Positions 9,931-19,171 of a DNA stretch of 50,245 bases are shown here, piece after piece; the first letter of the stretch is position 1, and each line of letters begins with the position of its first letter. The stretch is from an uncultured Selenomonadales bacterium (GTDB lineage Bacteria; Bacillota; Negativicutes; Selenomonadales; Selenomonadaceae). The DNA lies in assembly GCA_937915725.1 (NCBI GenBank), contig CALGGV010000013.1, positions 1-50,245 of the forward strand. Reading direction: 5' to 3'. The translations under genes and the position numbers were made by a program. The notes beneath the pieces were generated by a model. That model searched no databases. It saw nothing but the letters and a program-made list of their open reading frames with translations, and was not told where the DNA came from.

Positions 9931-9961
9931 CGGTTAAGTTTTTGGCTTAGCCGTTTTTTTG
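9931..9961 (+). terminator. Rho-independent terminator after tRNA-Leu
   Basis: Stem CGGTTAAG / CTTAGCCG (one G-U pair), loop TTTTTGG, then T7. Confidence 0.6.
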
Positions 9962-10002
9962 CGCCCAAAATCAACCTAAAATCGCCCAAAATGGCGGAAA
10001 AT

Positions 10003-10290
10003 TTCAACGTAGCAGGGCTTACAAAATTTCTTTAGAAAAAAAGTATTAACCGGCGGAAATTTTTCAATTAACGGCTAAAATTTCAACACAGCAGGGCTTG
10101 CAAGTTTTTTTTAGAAGTTTTTTACAAAGATTTAAAAATTAACAAGTCGGCATTTCTTTTTTTCAAAAACGGAGTGCGGCGGGCGTCTTTTGCGCCTTCT
10201 AATCTTACTTTTGTCAACATACTCTAGGTAAAGTATTAAACGTCGGAAATTTTACGAATTAGCAACTAAAAATTTGCTTAATCTTCGTTT
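10003..10290 (+). repeat. Tandem duplication of a roughly 75-nt unit; the second unit is interrupted by a MITE-like element
   Basis: Unit 1, 10003-10077: aaaatttcaacgtagcagggcttacaa...gtattaaccggcggaaattttt. Unit 2 starts at 10078 with the same sequence, is broken after tttagaag by the element, and resumes with gtattaaacgtcggaaatttt. Confidence 0.65.
10113..10231 (+). repeat. MITE-like structured repeat copy
   Basis: tttttacaaagatttaa...ttaacaagtcggcatttcttt...cggagtgcggcgggcg...tttgtcaacatactctagg. The termini tttacaaa / tttgtcaa are inverted. Confidence 0.6.
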
Positions 10291-10327
10291 TATGTTAAGA
10301 TTGTAAAAAATTTTGGGAGTGATTTTA

Positions 10328-11935
10328 TTGAAAAAAATTTGTGGAATTTTTTTAACAGCGTTAATTTTTTTTGTGTCAAATACGACAAGCGCGGCGCGGA
10401 CAAAAATTTTATTTATACCGCACGATGATCGCCCCGTTTCCTGCTATCAAACGGCGGAAATTGTCAAAGAAACAGGCGCAGAAATTATAATGCCGCCGAT
10501 TGAACTTTTGGGCTTAAGCGGCTCCAATGAACACCCCGACCAACTTTGGAAATGGTTTGAAGAAAATGCAAAATCTGCGCGCGCGGCGGTAATTGCGTCC
10601 GATTCTTTACTTTACGGCGGTTTAATTCCTTCCCGCAAGCACGAATTTTCACAAGAAAAAATTTCTGCGTGGGTAGAAAATTTTAAAAATATCCGTGAAC
10701 AAAATCCGGAAATGAAATTGTACGTTTTCGCCTCATTAATGAGAACTCCTATGCAAGGAACAAAGGGCGATATTGAAGAGCCGGAATATTACGCGGAATA
10801 CGGCGCAAATATTCACCAATACACCGCACTTTTGGACAAGCAGGAAATTTCACGCCTTAACAACGAAGAAAAAAATTATTTTAACTACCTTGAAAATTCA
10901 ATTCCGCAAAATGTTTTAAATGACTGGATGAATCGCCGTGCTAAAAATTTTTCAGCTACAAAAAAAATGGTAGACTTCACAAGCGCGGGGATTATTGATT
11001 ATTTGATTGTCGGACGTGACGATAACGCGCCACTTTGTCAAACACACAAAGAAAATCGAGAGCTTTTAAATTACGCGGCGAAAAATAATCTGCCTAAAGA
11101 AAAATTTCAATCGCTTGCCGGTATCGACGAATTTAATTTGTTACTGTTGACACGCGCAATTAATGAAATTCGCGGCAAAATTCCTGCTGTTAATGTGCAA
11201 TTTAACAAAGGCGTTGGCGGTAAAACTATTCCCGCTTTTTCTGATGAACCTATAAAAGTTTCTATCGAAGACGAAATTATTATTGCAGGCGGGCAAGCCG
11301 TGAAAAATCCTAAAGACGCAGATTTTGTTTTGTTGGTGAACACCGATATTAACGGCGAAACTTTATGGAGTCATAATCAGCCGCCGAGCGATAAAAATTT
11401 TGTACCAAATTTAATTCCTACCAACAGTACTAATAATTTTGTAGAATTGGTTGAAAAAAATTTAAAAAACGGCTATAAAATTGGAATTGCCGATATAAAT
11501 TATTGTAACGGCTCTGATAACGCACTTATGAAAATTTTGCACGATAAAAATTTACTTTTTAAATTTCAATCTTACGCAGGCTGGAATACTGCCACAAATT
11601 CAACCGGCTTTGCACTTTCGACGGGAATTTTAGCAAAGTACATGATGAATGATTCCAAAAATAAACTTTTGGTGCGCCGTTATCTTGACGATTGGGCGTA
11701 TCAAGCAAATATTCGCTCGATTGTCGGTAATGAATTATTTTATATGCCGCGCGGCGTTATTGCCTATTACCAATTTGATGGCGAAAGGGAATATGTTGAA
11801 AGGCGGGAGACGGAATTAATGCAAAGTTTTGCAGCTGAAAATTTGCCGCCTTATAGATATTTGCGCGGCTTGAAAATTACTAATCCATGGAACAGAATGT
11901 TTGAATGTCACATTGAATTTGGCTCAAATGAATAA
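10328..11935 (+). CDS. DUF4127-like secreted protein
   Basis: TTG start 8 nt after a GGGAG SD gives a signal-peptide-like N-terminus, MKKICGIFLTALIFFVSNTTSAA. ILFIPHDDRPVS and SDSLLYGGLIPSR match my recollection of the DUF4127 family. Confidence 0.55.
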   Translation: MKKICGIFLTALIFFVSNTTSAARTKILFIPHDDRPVSCYQTAEIVKETGAEIIMPPIELLGLSGSNEHPDQLWKWFEENAKSARAAVIASDSLLYGGLIPSRKHEFSQEKISAWVENFKNIREQNPEMKLYVFASLMRTPMQGTKGDIEEPEYYAEYGANIHQYTALLDKQEISRLNNEEKNYFNYLENSIPQNVLNDWMNRRAKNFSATKKMVDFTSAGIIDYLIVGRDDNAPLCQTHKENRELLNYAAKNNLPKEKFQSLAGIDEFNLLLLTRAINEIRGKIPAVNVQFNKGVGGKTIPAFSDEPIKVSIEDEIIIAGGQAVKNPKDADFVLLVNTDINGETLWSHNQPPSDKNFVPNLIPTNSTNNFVELVEKNLKNGYKIGIADINYCNGSDNALMKILHDKNLLFKFQSYAGWNTATNSTGFALSTGILAKYMMNDSKNKLLVRRYLDDWAYQANIRSIVGNELFYMPRGVIAYYQFDGEREYVERRETELMQSFAAENLPPYRYLRGLKITNPWNRMFECHIEFGSNE

Positions 11936-12977
11936 ACGAATTTTTGAATTAGATATTTTGCGCGGCTTGTCAATAGCTTTAATGATAATCGTTGACGCGC
12001 CGCCGGACGTAATTTATCAAACACTGCAACATTCGGCGTGGGAAGGAATAAATTTAGCTGATACAGTTTTTCCGGCGTTTGTATTTGCAATGGGCGTGGC
12101 AACGGCTATTTCAAGTTCAAGGCGTCAACCTTCGCTGAAAAAAATTTGCCTTCGCGCAGGAATTTTATTTCTTGTAGGATTTTTGCTGAACGTCCTAATA
12201 TATTTTTGTTTTGAGTGGGCGAAGTTGAGACTTTTTGGAGTATTTCAGCGATTAGCTTTAACATATTTTTGGGGAACTTTGATTTTGCTGAAATTAAAAA
12301 ACGCCGCCCAAATTTCAGCGGCGGCTTTTTTGTTGTTAATAATCTCGTCATTAGGATTTCACATTTACGCGCCGGACGCACCTTTTTCGGAAATTGAAAA
12401 TATTAGTGGCGCGGTTGATAAAATTTTTCCCGGCGTGAATCACATTTACACTTCAACACACGACCCCGAAGGCTTATATGGAACTTTAAATAGCGTGGCA
12501 TCAATGTTATTTGGAATTTTGGCGGGAAAATTTCTGCTGAAAAATGAAATTTGGAAAATAATTTTATACGGCGCAGGAATTTTTATTTTAGGTTACGGCT
12601 GGAGTTTTTTTGATATTATTGCAAAAAAAATTTGGACAACGCCTTTTGCACTTTTGAACGCGGGCGGCGATATGATTTTTCTTGCGTTGTTGTTAATTTT
12701 ATTTGAAAAGTTGCCGCGTACAAAAAAATTTTTTCGTCCGTTTGATTCATTGGGAAAAAATCCATTTTTCTTTTTCGTGGCGGCGAATGTTTCAACAATT
12801 CTTTTATGTTCGATAAAAATTTTGGGTACGCCTCTTTGGCTTTTAATGTACAAAATAACTTTTCAAGGATTTATCAGCCCGGAATTTGGCACAACTATTT
12901 TTTGTTTGATATGGTGTATCTTGTGGATAATTCCGGCAGAAATTTTAAATCAACGCGGGATTATTTTAAAAATTTAA
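11928..12977 (+). CDS. Polytopic membrane acyltransferase-like protein (DUF1624 / HGSNAT-like)
   Basis: The ATG at 11928 overlaps the upstream stop by 8 nt. ELDILRGLSIALMIIVD is a typical N-terminus for this family. At least 9 hydrophobic segments. Confidence 0.55.
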   Translation: MNKRIFELDILRGLSIALMIIVDAPPDVIYQTLQHSAWEGINLADTVFPAFVFAMGVATAISSSRRQPSLKKICLRAGILFLVGFLLNVLIYFCFEWAKLRLFGVFQRLALTYFWGTLILLKLKNAAQISAAAFLLLIISSLGFHIYAPDAPFSEIENISGAVDKIFPGVNHIYTSTHDPEGLYGTLNSVASMLFGILAGKFLLKNEIWKIILYGAGIFILGYGWSFFDIIAKKIWTTPFALLNAGGDMIFLALLLILFEKLPRTKKFFRPFDSLGKNPFFFFVAANVSTILLCSIKILGTPLWLLMYKITFQGFISPEFGTTIFCLIWCILWIIPAEILNQRGIILKI

Positions 12978-13004
12978 GGGCTAGAAAAAATTTCCCTAAT
13001 CACT

Positions 13005-13173
13005 AGGAATTTTTTACAAAGATTTAATTTATAAATGTACTTTCTTTCTTTGGTGCAAAGAAAGAAAGTTACCAAAGAAAGAAACTGCCGAATATAATCG
13101 CATCACGCGATTAACATTCGGCGGGCGCACGTCCTGTGCGCCCAAATTTTGCTTGTTTGTAAACATACTCTAA
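13005..13173 (+). repeat. MITE-like structured repeat, longest copy
   Basis: ctaggaattttttacaaagatttaa at the 5' end and tttgtaaacatactctaacc at the 3' end. Internal perfect 13-bp hairpin CTTTCTTTCTTTG-gtg-CAAAGAAAGAAAG (13040-13068) and hairpin GGCGCAC-gtcct-GTGCGCC. Confidence 0.65.
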
Positions 13174-13181
13174 CCACTAAA

Positions 13182-13544
13182 TCAGCGTCCGAAAGTGTCC
13201 CATGCAATTTCAGTAAAATAAATTACGGTAACAACTTCATCAGCAGTAATACGGCGTTTGTAAATTTCCTCAAAATTTTTCATCAACGCCTCTTTAGTGT
13301 TAATTTCCGGATTTTGATGCTCCAAGTCGATTGAAGATAAAGTTCCCATAGTTTTAACGCGGACTTTGTCAAGATAAGCGCGGTACAAAAATTCTTTCGT
13401 ATCACCCGGTCTGCCAACAGTTATCCAAACAACCGAACTTTCCGGAAAAAGATTTGAAACATCACCGAGACGCACTGTACAATTTTTACTGCGCGCCATT
13501 AGCATTTCACGGTGTTTTGGATCTCTAAAATTTAACGCCATCAT
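13182..13544 (-). CDS. Small conserved hypothetical protein (possibly ASCH-like)
   Basis: Intact 120-aa ORF in an operon-like position downstream of the aminotransferase. The family call rests on weak motif resemblance only. Confidence 0.4.
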   Translation of the reverse strand: MMALNFRDPKHREMLMARSKNCTVRLGDVSNLFPESSVVWITVGRPGDTKEFLYRAYLDKVRVKTMGTLSSIDLEHQNPEINTKEALMKNFEEIYKRRITADEVVTVIYFTEIAWDTFGR

Positions 13545-13571
13545 TTGAAAAACTTCCTTTCAGTCAATTTT

Positions 13572-13641
13572 TTAAGGACTAGGGGTTAAGGACTAAGGAA
13601 TTTTTTTTATTAAACCCTAGCCCTTAATCCTTAATCCTTAT
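13572..13641. repeat. Heptad-periodic imperfect palindrome, second copy of the 3.7-kb element type
   Basis: TTAAGGACTAGGGGTTAAGGACTAAGGAA, then a T-rich loop, then TTAAACCCTAGCCCTTAATCCTTAATCCTTA. It overlaps the stop of the aminotransferase gene. Confidence 0.65.
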
Positions 13642-14815
13642 ATTCGGAGGCTAATTTTTTGAAAAGCGGTAAAGATTTTTCAATAGTTTCAGTTTTAATG
13701 CAATAGGCGGCGCGGAAATATCCTGCACAGCCGAAATCTGCGCCCGGCACAAGCAATAAATCATATTTTTTGGCGCGCTCACAAAAAGCGTAATCGTCAT
13801 CTTCCAACGCCTTAGGGAAAAGATAAAACGCGCCTTGAGGCTTAACACATTCAAATCCCGCGTCAATTAAACCTTCATACAAAAGTTTTGCATTTCGTTC
13901 ATAAATTGAAATATCCGAAGGCTTGCCTGCACATTTCGCTATAACCAACTGCCATAAACTCGGCGCGTTGACGTGCGTCAAAACTCTAGCCGCGCCTGCA
14001 ATCGCTCCAAAGATTTTTCCAAAATCTGCAACAGCGTCCGGTACAACGATATAGCCGATTCTTTCGCCGGGCAATGAAAAACTTTTGCTGTAAGAATAAC
14101 AAACTAAAGTATTGTCGTAAAAATTCGGCACGTAGGGAACGTCAACGCCGTAAGCAATTTCTCTGTAAGGCTCGTCAGAAATTATAAAAATTGCGTGGTT
14201 AAATTCTTCAGATTTTTTGTTGAGAATCTGCGCGAGAGTTTTAATAGTTTCGACGGAATAAACCGCGCCGGAAGGATTGTTTGGCGAATTGATAATTACG
14301 GCTTTAACTTTCGGCGTCAACATTTTCTCAAAGGCGTCAAAATCAATCTGCCAATCTTTAGGTTGCGCGGGAACTACATTTAATTTCGCTCCAACTGATT
14401 CAACAAAAACTTTGTATTCCGGAAAATACGGCGCAAAAGTTATAAATTCGTCGCCGTCCTCTGCAAGTGCCTTGAAAGAAATTGTAATAGCGGCGGCGGC
14501 TCCTGCCGTGATAAAAATATTTTTGCCTGCAAATTTTGTACCAAAACGTTGATTAATACTTTGCGCCAAAATTTCTCTAACTTGCGGGTTGCCCGGCGCA
14601 ACTGTATAACCGTGAACGGCTGAAGGTTCATAATTTTGCAGAATATCAACAGCCGCGTTCTTTACAAATTCCGGCGTCGGAACATTTGGGTTGCCCAAGC
14701 TGAAATCAAAAATATTTTCTTCGCCGACTTCTGCCGCACGTTTTCTGCCAAATTCAAAAATCGTACGAATTGTAGATTTTTTCGTTCCCAATTCATACAT
14801 TTTTGCTGAAACCAT
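13631..14815 (-). CDS. Class I/II PLP-dependent aminotransferase (aspartate/aromatic type)
   Basis: Full-length similarity, including the PLP-lysine motif YSYSKSFSLPGERIGY and the INSPNNPSG motif. Confidence 0.85.
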   Translation of the reverse strand: MVSAKMYELGTKKSTIRTIFEFGRKRAAEVGEENIFDFSLGNPNVPTPEFVKNAAVDILQNYEPSAVHGYTVAPGNPQVREILAQSINQRFGTKFAGKNIFITAGAAAAITISFKALAEDGDEFITFAPYFPEYKVFVESVGAKLNVVPAQPKDWQIDFDAFEKMLTPKVKAVIINSPNNPSGAVYSVETIKTLAQILNKKSEEFNHAIFIISDEPYREIAYGVDVPYVPNFYDNTLVCYSYSKSFSLPGERIGYIVVPDAVADFGKIFGAIAGAARVLTHVNAPSLWQLVIAKCAGKPSDISIYERNAKLLYEGLIDAGFECVKPQGAFYLFPKALEDDDYAFCERAKKYDLLLVPGADFGCAGYFRAAYCIKTETIEKSLPLFKKLASEYKD

Positions 14816-14921
14816 AAAAAAATCACCTCCAAAAATTTTCGATATATTATCACAAGCAGAAAAAATTTTAAAGCAGGATTTATCAAGACTTTGTATAAAT
14901 TTTGTTTTGGGAGGCGATAAC

Positions 14922-15488
14922 TTGAAAAAATTTTTTACAATATTTTTTATCTGTTTAGCAATGGCGGCGAATATTTCGGTTGCGCGCGCAGATATGATCC
15001 GTGTTTCTGATGTTGACGTTCAAAATTTTGTTCATTCGATAGCCAATGTGATTTACAGTGAAGAATTTCAGAAAGAAAAGCCGTTACTTTTAACAAACGC
15101 CGCAAAAATTGAAAATACCGAATTTCCGGAAATTGGAAAGACGGCTTATGTTTGTCAATTCGGCTTAAAAACTGCAACCGCGCCGGACGGCGAAATAATA
15201 TTTTTCATTGACAGCGAAGAAAAAGTTTTTGCATTTAAAATTGTAGGTTATTCAAATCAATCAGCCGAAAATGCAAGCGTTTTACTTTTTATAGCGTTGC
15301 AAAATTTAGGGTTGACTCAAGCTGACGCAGAATTTTTAATAAATAATTTAAGCGATGATGAATTTTTGGCAAGTTCGATTGTTTGGAGTGAAACAAAAAA
15401 TCGTTGTTTTGTGTTAATGGCGGGAGCGCGGGCTCAATCTGCTGAAGGTTTTCAATTTGTGGTTGTGGCAAGCGATAAAAAAGATTAA
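14922..15488 (+). CDS. Secreted hypothetical protein
   Basis: TTG start 8 nt after a GGGAGG SD gives the signal peptide MKKFFTIFFICLAMAANISVARA. The longer listed ORF (from 14691) overlaps the aminotransferase gene antisense and is rejected. Confidence 0.6.
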   Translation: MKKFFTIFFICLAMAANISVARADMIRVSDVDVQNFVHSIANVIYSEEFQKEKPLLLTNAAKIENTEFPEIGKTAYVCQFGLKTATAPDGEIIFFIDSEEKVFAFKIVGYSNQSAENASVLLFIALQNLGLTQADAEFLINNLSDDEFLASSIVWSETKNRCFVLMAGARAQSAEGFQFVVVASDKKD

Positions 15489-15504
15489 TTTTGGAGGCGG
15501 TAAA

Positions 15505-16032
15505 ATGTCAGATTTACTTGAATTAATGCGCACGCGGCGCAGTGTAAGACAGTACACGGAAGAAAAAATTTCAGACGAACAAATTAAAAAAATTTTAAGC
15601 GCGGCGTTGCTTGCACCTTCCGGTCATTCAAAATATCCTTGTGAATTTATTGTAGTGAAAAATTCTGAAACGCTGGAAAAAATGTCACATTGCCGCGTAG
15701 GAGTTGCCAAAATGTTGAATCAAGCGGCGGCGGCTATTGTTGTAATTGCGGACGCTGAAAAATCTGATACTATCGTTGAAGATTCTTCAGTTGCGATGAT
15801 GAATATGGAATTAATGGCAACTTCGCTGGGAATTGGAAATTGTTGGATACAGGTTAGAAATCGTCCCGCAGAAAATAATTTGCCGAGTGAAGATTTTTTG
15901 AGAGACATTTTAAAATTCCCGCAAAATTTCAAATGTCAATCGATTTTATCTTTGGGAATAGCGGCTAAACAACCGCGCCCGCGTGAATTGGAAAAATTAA
16001 ATTTTGACAAAATCCACGAAGAAATTTTCTAA
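15505..16032 (+). CDS. Nitroreductase-family protein
   Basis: ATG preceded by a GGAGG SD. RRSVRQY...AALLAPSG is the typical nitroreductase N-terminal motif. Confidence 0.8.
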   Translation: MSDLLELMRTRRSVRQYTEEKISDEQIKKILSAALLAPSGHSKYPCEFIVVKNSETLEKMSHCRVGVAKMLNQAAAAIVVIADAEKSDTIVEDSSVAMMNMELMATSLGIGNCWIQVRNRPAENNLPSEDFLRDILKFPQNFKCQSILSLGIAAKQPRPRELEKLNFDKIHEEIF

Positions 16033-16055
16033 AACGATTCTATAAATTAAAAATA

Positions 16056-16085
16056 CCCGTCAAAAAAAACGACGGGCTTTTTTAT
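16056..16085 (+). terminator. Rho-independent terminator
   Basis: CCCGTC, 9-nt A-rich loop, GACGGG, then CTTTTTTATT. Confidence 0.6.
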
Positions 16086-16227
16086 TGTCTAAAAATCGCA
16101 AGCGGTAATTTTCAATAAATGCTACAACACATTAAAAAATTGCAAGAAAAATTTTCTACAGATGTGAAGGAATATTTCAAAGTTTGCATAAGTGTTATTA
16201 AGAAATTTTTGTAAGAAGGGATTTTTA

Positions 16228-18225
16228 ATGAATTTTAGTAGTATCAAAGCAAAGTTAATTTTTCTGTTAATAATCATTGGCGCAATACCGATGATTATTG
16301 CTACCGTGATCAGCTCTGCCAACACAGTATCAAACACCATTGAATCTGTCAAGGAAGACTTAAAAATTAAAAATGATTTTATCGCTCAGGATATTTCTTC
16401 GATGATTGGAAATAATTTTATTGCATTGCGCCTTTTGGCTTTAAATCCGACGATACAAGATTATTTAACGACAAATTCAGCCGCCGATATACCGCAAATG
16501 AAAACTTTGATTCAAAACAGCAACAGCCTTTTCAATGATTCAAGCAACATAGTTTTGACAGGCAGTGACGGCTAGCAAATTGTACGCAGTGACAGCGCAA
16601 AACTTGTTAATCTTAAATCACGTGATTATTTTCAAGAGGCGATGCGCGGCAACGAAAATGTTTCAGATGTTATCGTAAGTAAAACCAGCGGCTTGTCAAT
16701 CGTTGTTATTGAAGTACCTGTAAAAAATTCTGCAGGAAATGTTGTAGGAATGTTACAGCGCAATTACAATATTTCAATTTTAAATGAAGTGGTTAATTCT
16801 CAAGCCGACGAAAACACAGAAATTTTTATTCTTGATAAGCACGGTAAATTGGTTGCACATTCCGGCGTTGAAATTAAATCTGAAGAAGACAGGCTAGATA
16901 TGAGCAGTTACGAATTTTTCAAAAAGGCGCAAACTGTAAAATCCGGCACTGAAGAAGAAAATTTGGCAGGTGAACATAAAATCGTAAGTTTCGCCCTTGA
17001 CGAGCAAACAGGCTAGATTATCGCAACTACAAAGCCTTATTCTTTCGCAACGGCTCAAGCTTACAGTCAAGCTTATACTTTGGCGGGAATTGGGCTTGTA
17101 TTGATGATTATTATTACCGTCATTGCCACATTCATTGCCAAAAGTGCAGTTAAACCTATTCAGTTAATCAGCAATACCGCCGCCGAAATTTCTGCAGGCA
17201 ATTTGGCTGTTGAACAAGTTCCCGTTAATTCAAATGACGAACTCGGACAAGTTGCAACCGCCTTTGATAAAATGACTGACAAACTTAATAATTTTTTCCG
17301 AAAAGCTCAAAAAAGTACAAATGAAGTTGCAAATGCATCCGAAAACCTTAACAATAATTCGCAACAATCCGCTGAAGCCGCCAATCAAATTGCCGCGTCT
17401 ATTACAAAAGTTGCCGCCGAAACTTCCGAGCAAAAAAATTTTGTCGTAGCCGCAATTAATACCGTTGACAATATGCAACACTTGCTTGAAATTATTGAAA
17501 AAAATTCTAAGGAAATGGCGGACGCCTCCATTAAAACAAGCAGCACTGCAGAAAACGGCGCAGGAACTATCGGCAATGCTGAAGACGCTATGAAGTCATT
17601 AGAAAAAACCGTTCAAGAATCTGCAAAAGTTATTCAATCGCTCGGCGAACATTCAAAAGAAATTGGGCAGATTGTAGATACTATTTCAGCTATTGCCGCT
17701 CAAACAAATTTGCTTGCGTTAAATGCGGCTATTGAGGCGGCGCGCGCAGGCGAACACGGGCGCGGATTTGCTGTTGTTGCAGAGGAAGTTAGAAAACTTG
17801 CCGAACAGTCAAGCACTGCCGCCGACCAAATTAATCAGCTGATTCAAAATGTTCAAACTCAAACTGATAAAGCCGTTGAAACTATGCAAGCGGGTACTGT
17901 TATGACAAGTAAAAGCGTTGAAATTGTTCACGATACGGGCGATGCTTTTCGTGAAATTGTTAAGCAAGTTGAGGCTCTTTCCGATAAAGTTAATCAAGCA
18001 ACAACCGCCGTACAAAAAGCCAATGAAGGCAGGATTCAAATAACCAACGCAATAAATAAGATTGAAACTGCCGCCGCCAATCTTTCTACTGAGGCTGAAA
18101 CAGTTTCTGCCTCAACGCAAGAACTTTCTGCATCAATCGAAGAAATTGCCGCGGCTAGCCGTCAACTTTCCGGTATGGCTGAAGAATTGGATTCTGATAT
18201 AAATACTTTCAAACTTCGCCGCTAA
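16228..18225 (+). pseudogene. Methyl-accepting chemotaxis protein (double-Cache-like sensor) interrupted by two in-frame TAG codons
   Basis: ORFs 16192..16575, 16642..17016 and 17080..18225 are all in the same frame and read through as one MCP. The only breaks are TAG at 16573-16575 and TAG at 17014-17016, each preceded by GGC. The signalling domain ([33 protein letters not shown]) is intact. Confidence 0.8.
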
Positions 18226-18240
18226 TTTTTGGCAACCTAA

Positions 18241-18276
18241 TATAAAAAAAACGACGCTGAAAAATTTTTGCGTCGC
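18241..18276. terminator. Hairpin terminator between the convergent MCP and cas6 genes
   Basis: CGACGC, 12-nt loop, GCGTCG. On the minus strand the stem is followed by a T9 run, so it best fits termination of the cas operon. Confidence 0.55.
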
Positions 18277-18382
18277 CTTTAATTTGAAATTTATGAGTAA
18301 TTTTGGCAAAAACTTTTTTATCATTTCAAAATTTTTCAAATTGCCACCGCCGTTTTTGAATCAACGTAGCAAATTAAATATA

Positions 18383-19171
18383 TCATAAAAAGTTTACCCG
18401 AGTTTGTCCAAAACCTTGAGCGCACAATCTGCCGACGCCGGAATATTCGCCGAATTTCGCAAGCAACATAAAAACTTTTTGTACGTCAGAATTTATTTCT
18501 TTCAAACTGTATTTAAAATTTCCCCAAAATCCTAAAGTTCCTCTGTCATTTGCCAAATAAAATTTTTTACTGCGCCCTTGCCATTCTGTCAGCCGAATTT
18601 GCGCCGTTATTTCCTTGATAACTTTTTTATCGACAGCCGCCGGCATTTGTACTTGTGTCCATTTGTCGGCTAGCGAAGGAAAAATTAAATCTGCGCGAGG
18701 GTACGGCGCGTCGAAATCGTCAATTCTGAATGATACAGGCGTTAAAAATTCAAATTCAATTTCGTTTGCAGGCGAAAGTTTTTTCACGTTTGAAATAAAT
18801 TCTTCTTCAGTTAAAATTTCTGAATTAAAATCTTCAACAGTCAAAATTAATTCTCCAACTTGAATTTTGTAATTTATTGGAATTGCCAACGCCGCCTGTA
18901 AGATTTCGCCGTTTAAGCCGGTTACACGCCAAAAAAAATTATCGCCGCGCCTAACTTGCCAACGCCCTTCAATATTTGGAATATTTTTTAACGGGTCTAA
19001 AAATGAAACTGTGAACGGCTTGATATTTAATTTTTCGTGGACAAAATTTTCAAGCTCCGGCGAAAATTCATGCAGAATTTTGAAAAATACCGCGTGCATC
19101 AACCGCCCGTTTATCAGCGGCAGTCGCGCAGAATTTTCAGCCCGCAATTTGTATGAAACAGCCCCTATCAT
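18383..19171 (-). CDS. cas6: CRISPR-associated endoribonuclease Cas6
   Basis: About 260 aa with the C-terminal glycine-rich loop GVGRLCAQGFGQTRV, typical of Cas6. ATGA overlap with the upstream gene. Confidence 0.75.
   Translation of the reverse strand: MIGAVSYKLRAENSARLPLINGRLMHAVFFKILHEFSPELENFVHEKLNIKPFTVSFLDPLKNIPNIEGRWQVRRGDNFFWRVTGLNGEILQAALAIPINYKIQVGELILTVEDFNSEILTEEEFISNVKKLSPANEIEFEFLTPVSFRIDDFDAPYPRADLIFPSLADKWTQVQMPAAVDKKVIKEITAQIRLTEWQGRSKKFYLANDRGTLGFWGNFKYSLKEINSDVQKVFMLLAKFGEYSGVGRLCAQGFGQTRVNFL

Noticed and set aside
9960-10300. Possible mini CRISPR array: two copies of aaaatttcaacRYagcagggcttRcaa spaced 75 nt apart, near a type III locus that lacks an array
   Set aside because: The whole 75-nt unit is duplicated, including the putative spacer part, so this is a tandem duplication and not repeat-spacer architecture. 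There are only two units, and the second is interrupted by the MITE-like element.
14691-14921. The 5' extension of ORF 14691..15488
   Set aside because: It overlaps the 5' end of the aminotransferase gene antisense. An internal TTG at 14922 with a GGGAGG SD gives a clean signal peptide, so the extension is discarded.
16573-17016. TAG reassigned as a sense codon (an alternative genetic code) to explain the in-frame TAGs in the MCP gene
   Set aside because: TAG is the terminator of several well-delimited genes in the same window: argH at 2284, the 110-aa ORF at 1942, FkbM at 1106, the FHA gene ending at 31320 and the PP2C-like gene ending at 35264. Their ends match the expected protein C-termini. 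No pyrrolysine genes or CUA-anticodon tRNA were seen.
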